A stretch of DNA of 63,069 bases. Source: Clostridia bacterium. Lineage in GTDB: Bacteria > Bacillota > Clostridia > UBA1381. The position numbers were made by a program, and so were the translations under genes. The notes under the pieces were generated by a model. The model worked only from the letters and a program-made list of their open reading frames with translations. It made no database searches and had not been told where the DNA came from. Positions 10,914-21,512 of this stretch are shown piece by piece. Location: positions 1-63,069 of the forward strand of contig JAZNIV010000001.1 of the NCBI GenBank assembly GCA_045577675.1. The letters are read 5' to 3'. Each line of letters begins with the position of its first letter. Positions within the stretch are counted from its first letter, which is position 1.

Positions 10914-13900
10914 CTACTTTGTCAACTTAAGATATGTAAATAAATCAGTATTCTTTGAGGCTCCTATGCCACTGGCATATTCCATCCAGCCCTTTCGACC
11001 GTCACCGTCATTATCGTTCCATAAAATAGAGAATCCCAGTTCCTGCCCGTCCATTGGCACAAAGTTCTCGTCACCTGTGATGTCACTCCATTTCATACTC
11101 CACTCATATATGGTTTTTTTATTAACATTATCTCGTTTAACAGCGGTCTGCGCACCCTCACAAATTCCGGCCGGTATGCCGTTCTGCGATCTGTATCTAT
11201 ATGTTGCACTGCCATCACCTGTCGGAAGCATAGCAATTCCAAATTCATTGTATTTTTGATTGCCCTGACCTGCTGCTACAAAGCCATCTCCATCGGGTAT
11301 AAACAGTCCGAACTGCAAACCGTCTCCTTTCCATAAATCTTTGGATTCGTTTGTTTGACAATGAATATCATCTGTAACTTCTGAATACAAATATAACCTT
11401 TCCTCGTCCCACATAAGCGAAACTTTTGTACTCAAATCTGAAGTTCCTTTCCATAGCATAGGCATGGATTCACTTGGTTTCTTAAAATTAGCAAGCTTAT
11501 CTGCAAACATCGCCGTATTTTCCGGCCACTCACCTTTTTCCATTTGCCCGTCTACCACCGGCGGATTGGTCGTATAAGTTGCCATTGTGAAGTCAAACTT
11601 GCTATTGTATGAAATCGGTTCTGTTCTGTTATTAATATAAATGTCATATGCGACCGAATACATTCCTTTACGCACAAGGTTAGGTATATCAAAATCAAAA
11701 GCAGCTGTCTTTCCTTTAGGAACGCAGCCTATATCTATCTTGCCCAATGCAGACAAATATTGTGGCGTCTGAAATTCTATATATCCGTACGCAGATTTTG
11801 TACATGAATTATTTTTTACCAAAACAGAGCCAATCCATTCATTATAATTCCCATTGCCTTTAGGCGAGAAAGAAAGCGAAACATCTGCCGCCTTATTAAT
11901 TACGACTGACGGACGCATCTGACATATAATCTGTTCTTCATCCTTTACGTTAATTATAATCTTGCTCTCCATTTCATCAGCTGAACCGGTGAATATTTTT
12001 AATGACGCAGTGCCGTCAACAAATCCCTTATTTTCCTCAACCTCCGCGCCGTCACAGACCTTTTCCACCTCGAGCTTGTACGGGTGTTCTGTATTTGTTT
12101 TCAGGCGAATATCCATTGTATCGCCCGTAGTCACCTCAATCTGCTTTGTTTCAAAATTTATAAGAGAGTCATTGTCTACAACACTAAAGTCCGAAAAATC
12201 GCCAACAATATATCCTACACTCTCATCAAGCATGAATGTAAAAATTCCATTCTTCCCATATACTGTAGTTTTATTTCCATATCTATCATAGTAATCAACG
12301 CTATCCGTACCGAGATTAAGTGTTACCTGTTCAGCTCCCAACACATCCCAAAGCGCAACAACATCCTTGCCAAATTTAGGGCTTTTGAAACGTTTTATGT
12401 GAATGTTATCACCTATGTCATATATACCATTACTCTCAATTTCTCCTCCAAGCATATAATTCATTCCGGCAAAAGCAAGATAAGTCTGACGCGGCACCGC
12501 AACCTTTCCTTCCACGTTATATTTTTCATATGCGGTACCCACCATACCAAAGTTATCCTCACGGTCCTGGTCAATTATACCTCCATCCTCAAAACGAAAT
12601 TCCAGGGATATATCGGCACTGTCAGTTGCTTCATATAATATCGCTGCTCTTGTAACCCAGTTTGCCTGATCATTAAAACTCGTGTTATCGCTGAATGCGG
12701 TAGTGTTTCCATATTCGGTAATCCACACCGGTATGTTTTCCTTGCCATATTCTGCCGCCATATTCTTGTACTTCCAAATCTCATCGACAATATTTGCTTT
12801 CTCCGGAGGCACACCACCGCTGGTATAAGTATGCAGCGTGATTGCGTCGACATAGTCCAGCATACCCTCCTCACATACGGTTTTCATCCAGTAGTTAAGC
12901 CGGTTTTCCATCATAATCATAGTTACCGACAATGAAGCCACTTGTGCATTGGGATTTATTTCTTTTATCAGCGGAGCACATTCCTTTACAAGTCTTGCCA
13001 AATCTTTCGGGGTTGCGCCATTTGTATTAAAATTCCCAATATCGGGTTCATTCCATATTTCATATAAATCACAGCTGTCTTTTAAAAGATTGGTCACATA
13101 AGATACATATCCTTTAAACCCTTCAATCTCTTCATCTGTTATAGGCATATCCCTGCCTTTTTCTGTATATAACGCATTTCCAAAAGCAAATTGCATGATT
13201 GCTTTTAATCCTTTTTTGCGCTGCATCTCTATGACCTTAAAAGGCTTTGTTGACCTTGCGTCAAAACTTCCCTTCGACTTATTTTCTACCGTATCCCACA
13301 TAAGCGCCACTCTGGTGCCCGGCATATTTGCCATATTAATTAAATCCAGGCACTCATCAATGCGTTTGTCTGGATATCTGTCAAGGAAATGAGAAACCCA
13401 TCCGAAACGGCTTCGGATTCCATCGGGGTCGGTTTTTACAATCGCGATTGTGTCTTCTTTAAAAGTTGAATGTACTTTACTGCCGTTTACTTCCGTGTCA
13501 ACGTCGATATAATATGTATACAGTCCGCACCGGTCCGTTTGAATGTCAGAATCAAGATTTTTTTCCTCACCGGCTGCGATCACAATGTTTTCACTTTTTT
13601 GCCACTGCTCGCAGCTGTCTTCATCCACAATTCGGAAAGTCACTGTCGCCTCAAGATCCTGTCCTGACACATTCGTAATTCTATTATGAACAATTTTACT
13701 TTCGTCATACCATCTATAAGTATTTCCGGGCTGATCATTATACGACTCAACATATAACGGATTAGCACCTGGTATTCTTTTTATTCTTATTGCACCTATA
13801 TACACATTGCAGCTTGATGCCGGAAGCATTGTACCCCTCTCACGGGATGAAATTTTAAGATCTCCGACTCCATCAATGCTGTTTGAAAATCCTGCATTAT

Positions 13901-14360
13901 CAAGTGTAAATGACGCAGTCTTCCATGTGCATGAGTTATCTATATATACTTCTTCCGCAATCTGGGCACCATAATCCACACTGTCATACCATACAATAAA
14001 ATATCCCATATCGCGGTCATAATAATCAATTTCTACTTCATATACCGAACCATCAATTTTCGAATTTCCCATACTGTCACTAAGATTAACATACATAGAA
14101 GCCGATGAATCCAAATTTGATGTAAGTTGCCACGCTTCACGTTCCTCCTGCGTAGTTACAGTAACCTTAGGACTCCACCCCATAGAAACCTTATCTATAT
14201 TCTTTTTTTCTACATCTTTGCCCAATACGGCATACGCTATATTTTCCTTATCTGCAATGTCTTCCTTGACAACAGCAGCTGCCGGGGAGACACTCCCCAG
14301 CAGCAGCGAAAATGTCATGAGCAGATTTATAAACAATACAACTCGTTTATTCATAATCAC
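10914..14360 (-). CDS. Secreted clan GH-A glycoside hydrolase with a C-terminal CBM9-like sugar-binding domain
   Basis: 1148-aa ORF with a signal peptide. YEIWNEPDIGNF (acid/base) and WITEYGNT (nucleophile). The C-terminal ~200 aa (VDGQMEKGEWPE..VSLMWDEERLYLYSEVTDD..LWKGDGLQF..ILWNDNDGDG) resemble CBM9/DOMON-like modules. Confidence 0.8.
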   Translation of the reverse strand: MIMNKRVVLFINLLMTFSLLLGSVSPAAAVVKEDIADKENIAYAVLGKDVEKKNIDKVSMGWSPKVTVTTQEEREAWQLTSNLDSSASMYVNLSDSMGNSKIDGSVYEVEIDYYDRDMGYFIVWYDSVDYGAQIAEEVYIDNSCTWKTASFTLDNAGFSNSIDGVGDLKISSRERGTMLPASSCNVYIGAIRIKRIPGANPLYVESYNDQPGNTYRWYDESKIVHNRITNVSGQDLEATVTFRIVDEDSCEQWQKSENIVIAAGEEKNLDSDIQTDRCGLYTYYIDVDTEVNGSKVHSTFKEDTIAIVKTDPDGIRSRFGWVSHFLDRYPDKRIDECLDLINMANMPGTRVALMWDTVENKSKGSFDARSTKPFKVIEMQRKKGLKAIMQFAFGNALYTEKGRDMPITDEEIEGFKGYVSYVTNLLKDSCDLYEIWNEPDIGNFNTNGATPKDLARLVKECAPLIKEINPNAQVASLSVTMIMMENRLNYWMKTVCEEGMLDYVDAITLHTYTSGGVPPEKANIVDEIWKYKNMAAEYGKENIPVWITEYGNTTAFSDNTSFNDQANWVTRAAILYEATDSADISLEFRFEDGGIIDQDREDNFGMVGTAYEKYNVEGKVAVPRQTYLAFAGMNYMLGGEIESNGIYDIGDNIHIKRFKSPKFGKDVVALWDVLGAEQVTLNLGTDSVDYYDRYGNKTTVYGKNGIFTFMLDESVGYIVGDFSDFSVVDNDSLINFETKQIEVTTGDTMDIRLKTNTEHPYKLEVEKVCDGAEVEENKGFVDGTASLKIFTGSADEMESKIIINVKDEEQIICQMRPSVVINKAADVSLSFSPKGNGNYNEWIGSVLVKNNSCTKSAYGYIEFQTPQYLSALGKIDIGCVPKGKTAAFDFDIPNLVRKGMYSVAYDIYINNRTEPISYNSKFDFTMATYTTNPPVVDGQMEKGEWPENTAMFADKLANFKKPSESMPMLWKGTSDLSTKVSLMWDEERLYLYSEVTDDIHCQTNESKDLWKGDGLQFGLFIPDGDGFVAAGQGNQKYNEFGIAMLPTGDGSATYRYRSQNGIPAGICEGAQTAVKRDNVNKKTIYEWSMKWSDITGDENFVPMDGQELGFSILWNDNDGDGRKGWMEYASGIGASKNTDLFTYLKLTK

Positions 14361-14399
14361 TCTCCTGCACTAAACATGTGATATATTTATATGCATACT

Positions 14400-17300
14400 T
14401 TATTTTAATTCAATGTTCTGCACAAGTGGTATGAGCGACGGATATTCCCATGTATAAATTTTACATATTGTTGCTCCTTCAACCGACTCGGGTTTCATAA
14501 CATTGCTAAAGTCAAACCGTCCGCCGGCAGTCGCCTCATATACTCCGCAATCTGATTTTAACAATAGATTATTTGCATTGTAATAGCCTATGACCACAAA
14601 AACATCTTTTGCATCTGATGTTGCATTATAACCTTCGATATTCAGATTAAAATCTCCGTCTATATCCGCATAACGATTAATTACTTTATATATATCCGGT
14701 GATTTTGTTTCTCCAAAATTCGTATTCGCATCAATCTTCTTTTGCAGACTGAATGTATCAACGCCAAAGCCGCCCTCTGATGCTGCTCCCGCAGTAAACG
14801 CTATTCTATAGTCTTTATCTAACTGCGATAATGGATTATCAGCAAATTCAACCATATTGCTTACAAGCAGATGATATTTTGTACCTTCCGTAAGATAGCC
14901 CGGCTTGAAGTAATATGAGCATGTCTTTTTATCATCTGAAAGCTTTATTTCATACGCGCCGTCTTTATTGCTCAAATAGTCGATTTTATCATCATATTCC
15001 TTCATAAGAGCAAGCATGCGTTCGTTAGCAACAGTATCCGATACAGGCGCGGAGAATTTAACGTCAAGCCTCATGGTATTTTCAGGAATAACTGCATTTG
15101 TCGTTCCCAGCAAGTCAGTGCAGGTACCATCAACAGCAACCGCCTTTATTGACTCAACCGCTTCTTTCTGGGAATTTGTTATTTTATTTCCATTATCATC
15201 CAGTTCATATACTCTGAGATCATCAATGTAAAGAGCTGAACGTATATCAGCATAGCTGGCTTTCAGCAATCCCATATAATCAATACCGATACCAACCATT
15301 TCCTTGTTCATGAAATCCTGTGAAGTAATAATTGAGCCGGAATTTCCTCCGTTTATGAATGTAATCTTTGCTTTAGGTGCTCCGTTTTCATCATAATACG
15401 GTTCAACTTTAATTGATACAGGATATAATTTGTCGGTTTCCGTAGGAATACTATCATAAGGAGTTCCCGGATCTTTACCGGATACATATTTAAATTGTCT
15501 GTCTTCCGTAGCCCATGTTGAAACATTATTCAAGGACGTTTTTGTATCAGGTGCAAATACGCCTCTGTTTGCATCCTCCTGTCTTCCGGCAGGCAAATCC
15601 TGAGTAGCAACATATGACGCTACGATATTTCCTGTGATATACGGTATATCTATATTAGCTCCTCCGGAAGATTTTACTCCTCGTTTTGTCGGTGTCATAT
15701 CTGATTCATCAAGCAGACTTATTGCAATGGTTTGCAAACTGTAACGCAGCTGCATATCCATTTCAATCACAAACGATTTGCCCTTTTTAATCGGTCTGTC
15801 AAAATATTTCTGCAAACGAGAAGCATACGGGACTCTCTCGCCAGCATCCCACTTATCTGCCCATAGATATCCCGAAACTGCCAGAAAAGGTCCTGAGGAT
15901 GTACATCCATCGGCTCTTGTTATAGTTGCTCTCCACGGATCAGTTTCATTAACCGCATAAGCACGGACTTGTCCATCAAATCCGTTATATAACTGCGCAT
16001 GACTGTTCGGTTTCCATTCAATGCCCCAGCCCGGATCGGTCCAGCCTCCTGCCGTTTGGAACCATACCTTATCTGTTGACCAATATGCACTGCCATATTT
16101 GTTCAGAGTCATCGGATATGTGTCAAAATCTTCATTCATTACATACGTGCCTGTTTTATAGACTTTAATATTGTCAAACGCTACGTTTCCTGTATTGCCA
16201 CTGCTGTCCTGATGTCTTGAAAGTCTGATTGCAGCAATACCCTTCTGATATTTTGAACGGTTCGGATCCGTCACTGTAATCGGGTCAGAATCGTCAACCT
16301 GTACCTTAAATGTACCCGCTTCAGTATCTACATCCACCTTAACTCTATGCCATGCATTAGGTGATACCACTGCATCTGAAACACGATTAAAAGCTGTAAA
16401 GCTATATCCATTCTGCGAGAAGCAAAGCTTATTATCCGTACTTCCAGCCGGTATGGCTGTAAGAACCTGATAGCTTCGTCCGCTTACATCACCGCTGCGG
16501 ACGTTAGCAACAGCGTCAAAATCCTGCTTTGACACATATCCAAAATTCCATCCGCCGTTTTCATGATATACGTCAAATTCAACAGTAAATTCACCCGTAA
16601 GAGGAGTTGAAGAGGGGAACCAATGCCATAAATTAAGGCTTTCTACGGGCTCTGTTGTGCTGCCTTTCATGTTCAGCGCAGTAGAGTTATCCAGAGTGTT
16701 TGTTACCGCATTTGCTTTTTCCTGATAACTTTTATAAGTATAGCCGTCAGTTAAAAACTTAGCGCTGCCATTAAAATTACTTGTTTTTTCATTGAAGGTC
16801 CAATTAACCGGATATGTACCGTCATAGTCATTGAAATCTTCATTCAAATAATAATATCTGCTTTCGGAATCTTTTACTGCTACGCTAAAATTCATCTTAG
16901 CCGGAACAGCGCCGGAAATCGCGCCTTTGAGAGAATTGCTGAAGCTAATTTCATAAATATCCCCTGAAAGACCCGGTTGTACCATTAGGGCAGCGTCAGT
17001 TCTGCTTGTATATATAAGTGTGGTTTCGACAGTGTTGCCCTGAGCATCCTTGACAATTATATCTCCGTCTCCTATTTCTTTGTTCATATATTCAGAAAAG
17101 GATACATTAATTACGCCATATTCATCGTCAGCAAAGTAATTATATTCAGCTGCTGCCGATACGCTGTCAGAAGCTCCGCTGTACTCATGCGCATAAAAAT
17201 TGTCAAGATATGCAAACGCCGCATTTGGATTAGCATCATCCGTACCGCTGTACGTTCCATCATTTATGGTTTCTTCATTTTTGTCTTTTCCCGGTTCCAA

Positions 17301-18098
17301 TATAGGATAAAGTCCCTTAATACCGTCAGCGTTAAATTGACCGTCCGTCACCTTAGTACCGTCAACGTATATGGTATATGTCTTGTTGTCAAGATCCCAG
17401 AATACATCTGTTTTTATCCATTCACTGTTTGCATATGTTTTTGATGAATACATCGATGAATCCTTCATATCATCATTATGACCGACATCAGTGCTTTTAT
17501 ATACAACTATCTTACCCGGATCTTTAGTATCTAAAATTAGTGAAGACCACGGATTGTTATTTCTAAAAGTGATCAGCGGTTTTTCGTTGCTTGCCTGTCT
17601 CGGATCATATGCATCTTCAGCAGAAGCAGAATCTTTTTCTGTTGTAAACTGAAAAACAACAAACTGCAATACATCTGTATTGTCGCTCTTAAAATCCCAA
17701 CTTGCATGGAGTTTGCCGTCAATCACTGTCTTTCCAAACATTTTGTAAAGAATAGAGCCGCTTTTATTCGCATATGAGCTGCCGACTCCCATCTTTACTC
17801 TGTTATTTCCCGTCACATCTTCTCTTTCATTACCTATCCTGCCCTCAGAACCCGAATACCATCCATTTGGATGATACTTTTGATTCCATCTGTTGTATTG
17901 GCTGGAGTAATCCGAAAAAGTATCAAAAATATTCACTTCGTCTACAGGATCAATCTTATACGCATTTGGCGTTGTAGTCGCAAATGCGGGTACATTTCCG
18001 AGAAAAATGCCCATAGCCAGCGTCATACTCAGAATTTTGGTTAAATTTCTTTTCTTCATAATATACATACCCTTCTTTCTATTTTTTTTATTAAACAC
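14400..18098 (-). CDS. Secreted giant protein with several LamG/concanavalin-like modules; no catalytic motif recognised
   Basis: 1232-aa ORF with a signal peptide (LSMTLAMGIFLGNVPAFA). Repeated domain-terminal strands AYLDNFYAHEY, VAFDNIKVYKTG and LYIDDLRVYEL. The true start is possibly an internal Met (MKKRNL). Confidence 0.7.
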   Translation of the reverse strand: MFNKKNRKKGMYIMKKRNLTKILSMTLAMGIFLGNVPAFATTTPNAYKIDPVDEVNIFDTFSDYSSQYNRWNQKYHPNGWYSGSEGRIGNEREDVTGNNRVKMGVGSSYANKSGSILYKMFGKTVIDGKLHASWDFKSDNTDVLQFVVFQFTTEKDSASAEDAYDPRQASNEKPLITFRNNNPWSSLILDTKDPGKIVVYKSTDVGHNDDMKDSSMYSSKTYANSEWIKTDVFWDLDNKTYTIYVDGTKVTDGQFNADGIKGLYPILEPGKDKNEETINDGTYSGTDDANPNAAFAYLDNFYAHEYSGASDSVSAAAEYNYFADDEYGVINVSFSEYMNKEIGDGDIIVKDAQGNTVETTLIYTSRTDAALMVQPGLSGDIYEISFSNSLKGAISGAVPAKMNFSVAVKDSESRYYYLNEDFNDYDGTYPVNWTFNEKTSNFNGSAKFLTDGYTYKSYQEKANAVTNTLDNSTALNMKGSTTEPVESLNLWHWFPSSTPLTGEFTVEFDVYHENGGWNFGYVSKQDFDAVANVRSGDVSGRSYQVLTAIPAGSTDNKLCFSQNGYSFTAFNRVSDAVVSPNAWHRVKVDVDTEAGTFKVQVDDSDPITVTDPNRSKYQKGIAAIRLSRHQDSSGNTGNVAFDNIKVYKTGTYVMNEDFDTYPMTLNKYGSAYWSTDKVWFQTAGGWTDPGWGIEWKPNSHAQLYNGFDGQVRAYAVNETDPWRATITRADGCTSSGPFLAVSGYLWADKWDAGERVPYASRLQKYFDRPIKKGKSFVIEMDMQLRYSLQTIAISLLDESDMTPTKRGVKSSGGANIDIPYITGNIVASYVATQDLPAGRQEDANRGVFAPDTKTSLNNVSTWATEDRQFKYVSGKDPGTPYDSIPTETDKLYPVSIKVEPYYDENGAPKAKITFINGGNSGSIITSQDFMNKEMVGIGIDYMGLLKASYADIRSALYIDDLRVYELDDNGNKITNSQKEAVESIKAVAVDGTCTDLLGTTNAVIPENTMRLDVKFSAPVSDTVANERMLALMKEYDDKIDYLSNKDGAYEIKLSDDKKTCSYYFKPGYLTEGTKYHLLVSNMVEFADNPLSQLDKDYRIAFTAGAASEGGFGVDTFSLQKKIDANTNFGETKSPDIYKVINRYADIDGDFNLNIEGYNATSDAKDVFVVIGYYNANNLLLKSDCGVYEATAGGRFDFSNVMKPESVEGATICKIYTWEYPSLIPLVQNIELK

Positions 18099-18120
18099 CC
18101 AGCTTGCCTATCCAGTGTCT

Positions 18121-19008
18121 TTAACCCTTAACTGCTCCCGAAAGTCCTCCCAAAATTTTCTTTTGAAGAACTAAAAACGCAATCATTGGCGGAATCATGG
18201 AAAAACACAAAACCATCAAGTGCCGATCAACCGATAGCTGCTCCTTAAGCAGAAATACTCTTACCCCTATCGGCTGCAACTGTATATCCTTAATCATAAG
18301 ATACGGCCAGAAAAATGTTCCCCAATTTCCCATAATACCAAAAATCGCCACTGTAATCATAATGGGTTTGCTCAAAGGCAATACCACCCTTGTAAAAACT
18401 CTAAATTTATTACATCCATCAATTTGTGCCGCCTCAATTAAGGACACCGATATCCCGTCAAAAAAATTCTTAAAAAGCAACGTATAATATGCGTTGGCAC
18501 CGGCCATAATCCACATCGGCCAATATGTATTTGAAAGATTAATATGTATTAACGGCATATCCACAAATGTCATGAATTTCGGCGCAATGCTAAGCGTAGA
18601 TGGAATCATCATCGTCCAGAGGACAAGCGTTTTTACAAAGGTACTACCCTTTGGCTTAAGTCTTGAAAGCACATATCCCGCAAGTCCGTTGCTTGCAAGC
18701 ATAAAACCCACGGCAACCACCGTCATATAAATCGTGACAAGGTACGTATTTCCAAAGTTCGAAAAAAACCACACCTCCTTTATCTTATCAAATGATATTT
18801 TCTTGGGAAATACACTGGGTGGAATTTGTAGAAATTCCTGCGTATCCTTAAATGCAGATAGCAACATCCAACAAAGCGGTACAATAAAGATAAGGCTAAA
18901 AAGCAGTAAAAATATCAATATCATTATATATACCGTTCTTCCCTTGGCGGTTTTTAATTCTATCGGCAGGATAAAACCCGTTCTGTTAATTTCTTTTTTA
19001 TTTTTCAA
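18121..19008 (-). CDS. Carbohydrate ABC transporter permease (MalG/CUT1-like)
   Basis: 295-aa ORF, multi-TM. EAA loop IEAAQIDGCNKFRVFTRVVLPLSKP. Confidence 0.9.
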   Translation of the reverse strand: MKNKKEINRTGFILPIELKTAKGRTVYIMILIFLLLFSLIFIVPLCWMLLSAFKDTQEFLQIPPSVFPKKISFDKIKEVWFFSNFGNTYLVTIYMTVVAVGFMLASNGLAGYVLSRLKPKGSTFVKTLVLWTMMIPSTLSIAPKFMTFVDMPLIHINLSNTYWPMWIMAGANAYYTLLFKNFFDGISVSLIEAAQIDGCNKFRVFTRVVLPLSKPIMITVAIFGIMGNWGTFFWPYLMIKDIQLQPIGVRVFLLKEQLSVDRHLMVLCFSMIPPMIAFLVLQKKILGGLSGAVKG

Positions 19009-19025
19009 CGTGAACTATCCCCTTT

Positions 19026-19946
19026 CTACAATGTATTATCAGTTTTCTTTTCAAGCCAAAAATAGATCAATGTAAATAATATCAGCACAAGAAACATAAT
19101 CATATTTGTAGCCAGAGAATTACCTACTTTAAAATCTTGAAACGCATATTTATATGACAATAGTCCAAGAGACATCGATGCGTTATTGGGTCCCCCGCCC
19201 GTCATTGCAAGCGGTTGCTCAAATATTTGAAAAATATTTATTACCTGCCCAACAAAATTTATGAGAAGTACTCCTGAAATCTGCGGAAGTGTAACACTCC
19301 ATATTCTCCTGATAAATCCCGCACCGTCAAGAAGCGCTGCCTCATATAAGTCGCGATTTATATTTTGTAATGCAGAATAATACACAAGCATTGTCCCGCC
19401 CATACCGCACCATGTGCAAGTAATGACTATAAGCATAATAGTTATATCAGCATTCTGCAACCACGCCATGGGTTCCATCCCCAATTTAAGCATAAGCATA
19501 TTTAAGAGGCCGGTTGCATTCGGAAAATATATGTAATACCACAAAAGCGATACCGCTACTGATGGCACCATTGCAGGAAAATACGTTGCAAACTTAAAAT
19601 ATCCGCTTCCTCTTTTTACCTCATTTAAAAGAATGGCTATCAAAATCGGAATCCAATATCCTATTACTATAGACCAAAATACATATTTAAATGTATTTAG
19701 CAAAGTTTGAACAAAATCCGTGTTTGTAAATACCTGCACATAATTTTGTAATCCAACAAACTTTCCAACAACATAACCGTTCATATCAAAAAACGACCAA
19801 ATTATACCTTTAAAGGTAGGCAACCATATCGTGATAAGTGCAAAAAGCAAAAACGGAAAAATAAGCAACCATGAGAGCGTATCTCGCTTGAACGTACTTT
19901 TAATTTTGTCCATCCTGCTCCTTTGTTTTTTTGCCGTACTCTTCAT
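19026..19946 (-). CDS. Carbohydrate ABC transporter permease (MalF/CUT1-like)
   Basis: 306-aa ORF, multi-TM. EAA loop YEAALLDGAGFIRRIWSVTLPQISG. Confidence 0.9.
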   Translation of the reverse strand: MKSTAKKQRSRMDKIKSTFKRDTLSWLLIFPFLLFALITIWLPTFKGIIWSFFDMNGYVVGKFVGLQNYVQVFTNTDFVQTLLNTFKYVFWSIVIGYWIPILIAILLNEVKRGSGYFKFATYFPAMVPSVAVSLLWYYIYFPNATGLLNMLMLKLGMEPMAWLQNADITIMLIVITCTWCGMGGTMLVYYSALQNINRDLYEAALLDGAGFIRRIWSVTLPQISGVLLINFVGQVINIFQIFEQPLAMTGGGPNNASMSLGLLSYKYAFQDFKVGNSLATNMIMFLVLILFTLIYFWLEKKTDNTL

Positions 19947-19960
19947 TACACCCTCCGCAA

Positions 19961-21349
19961 TTAATATGAAACATTATCCAAATAATTTTTCTGGAAATCA
20001 CTCGCTGCACTTGCAGCAAGCTGCTTAAGATCAATATTTTCATTCGTAAGTATAGACTGTATACAGTTGTCCAATATACTATAAAGCTGCTGACAATTTA
20101 TAGGTTCTTCCGCTTTTATCTGAACATTCTCCATATCAAAATATTCTTTATAATAATCAACATTAACGTTTGCGTACTTTTTCATCACGCTGTCCTTAAA
20201 ATCATTCATGCCGCCGCTTTTATAAATCTTAAATGGTTCTCTTTCAATTACAACATAGTTTTGCTCATTATCATTTTTGCATGTTTCCTCAACACTCTTT
20301 TCAGCCGCATCGGTTCTGTTTGGCGTATGCCCCATAGCTTCTGCCCATTTGAATACTGCATCAATTTGACCCTCTGATGCATATTTCGGCACCATGTAAA
20401 GATTTCCACCCATTAATGCGTATTGACCTTTGGGGCCGGCAGGAATTTTACCTATAGACACATCATCTTTATCCATGCCGTATTCAGAAACAAGAGCTCC
20501 AAACACATCCGAGGGAGCTATATACAACGCACCTTGACCTCCGGCGAGCATTTTTTGAGCCTCTTTACCATCAATAAGCGCATTGTCACTTAACGCATCA
20601 TATTTCCATTTCAAATCATAGACAAACTGTAGCGCATCAACAAATTCCTGGCTGTTAAATTTTGCAACCCACTTACCATTTTCTTTTTCCATAAAGTCTA
20701 CACCATATGCCCACGCAATCGACATGAAATTCCATCCACCGTGATTCTTCATTGTCGGCAAAATAAACCCGGCTTTACCGGTTTTTTCTTTTATCTTACC
20801 TGCAAGAACGGCAAGTTCATCAAGTGTCTTTGGATAGGGTATTGTACCGTCATCATTTAAAAGTCCGGCCTCCTTGAACACCTTCCTGTTTCCGACAAGC
20901 CCCATTGCGTACATATTAATCGGAATCATGTATATCTTTCCATCCTTCTGCAAAATATTCAGCATTTGGTCATTAAGATTATCTGTATATCCATATTCCT
21001 TCATTTTATCAGTAAGATCAGCTGCATAGCCCGCATCTATAACTTTGTCAATCTCAGTGTATGGGATTCTAAACACTGTCGGGAGCTGATTGCCGGCAGC
21101 TTTCGGCAAAAACGAATCAATGGTGAAACTCCACGTATCTCTCTCAACATTGATGTTAGGATATGAACTCATGTAGTCAGCACGGATACCCTCCCATTGC
21201 TCATACAATGACGGATTGGCATTTTTATCCGGCCAGTTGCCTACCGTTATTTCAATTTTATCTGTGTCCTTTGTTGTTTTCTCACCAGAGCATCCTGTTA
21301 TTGACGCCCCTATGGCTAACGCCATTATTAAACATACGATTTTTTTCAT
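19961..21349 (-). CDS. Extracellular sugar-binding lipoprotein of the ABC transporter
   Basis: 462-aa ORF. Lipobox ALAIGASITGCSGEK. Size and position immediately upstream of the two permeases fit this role. Confidence 0.85.
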   Translation of the reverse strand: MKKIVCLIMALAIGASITGCSGEKTTKDTDKIEITVGNWPDKNANPSLYEQWEGIRADYMSSYPNINVERDTWSFTIDSFLPKAAGNQLPTVFRIPYTEIDKVIDAGYAADLTDKMKEYGYTDNLNDQMLNILQKDGKIYMIPINMYAMGLVGNRKVFKEAGLLNDDGTIPYPKTLDELAVLAGKIKEKTGKAGFILPTMKNHGGWNFMSIAWAYGVDFMEKENGKWVAKFNSQEFVDALQFVYDLKWKYDALSDNALIDGKEAQKMLAGGQGALYIAPSDVFGALVSEYGMDKDDVSIGKIPAGPKGQYALMGGNLYMVPKYASEGQIDAVFKWAEAMGHTPNRTDAAEKSVEETCKNDNEQNYVVIEREPFKIYKSGGMNDFKDSVMKKYANVNVDYYKEYFDMENVQIKAEEPINCQQLYSILDNCIQSILTNENIDLKQLAASAASDFQKNYLDNVSY

Positions 21350-21451
21350 TGCAATCTACCTTTCTATTTTTTATATAAATAGTATAACATGCCCAAAAAA
21401 TAATATCAATATAACAAAAATGACTACAAAGTGGACAAAAATTACATACAA

Positions 21452-21482
21452 CAAAAAAAGCATAGAAATAATTCCATGCTTT
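21452..21482 (-). terminator. Weak intrinsic terminator/attenuator between the 727-aa gene and the binding-protein gene
   Basis: A/T-extended hairpin AAAGCATAG..CCATGCTTT with one mismatch. On the minus strand it is followed by a T7 run. Confidence 0.4.
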
Positions 21483-21512
21483 TTATTACTTCACAATATA
21501 TTTATACTATTT

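Noticed and set aside
12084-12638. 184-aa plus-strand ORF. The track contains many similar ORFs, for example 1609-2028, 9485-9802, 24401-24814, 25357-25788, 28215-28661, 32667-33047, 49424-49783, 51593-51976, 52212-52622, 56932-57336 and 57566-57937.
   Set aside because: All lie antisense to, and wholly within, long ORFs that have clear protein-family motifs. Their translations are low-complexity or hydrophobic mirror-frame artefacts without RBS or family signatures.
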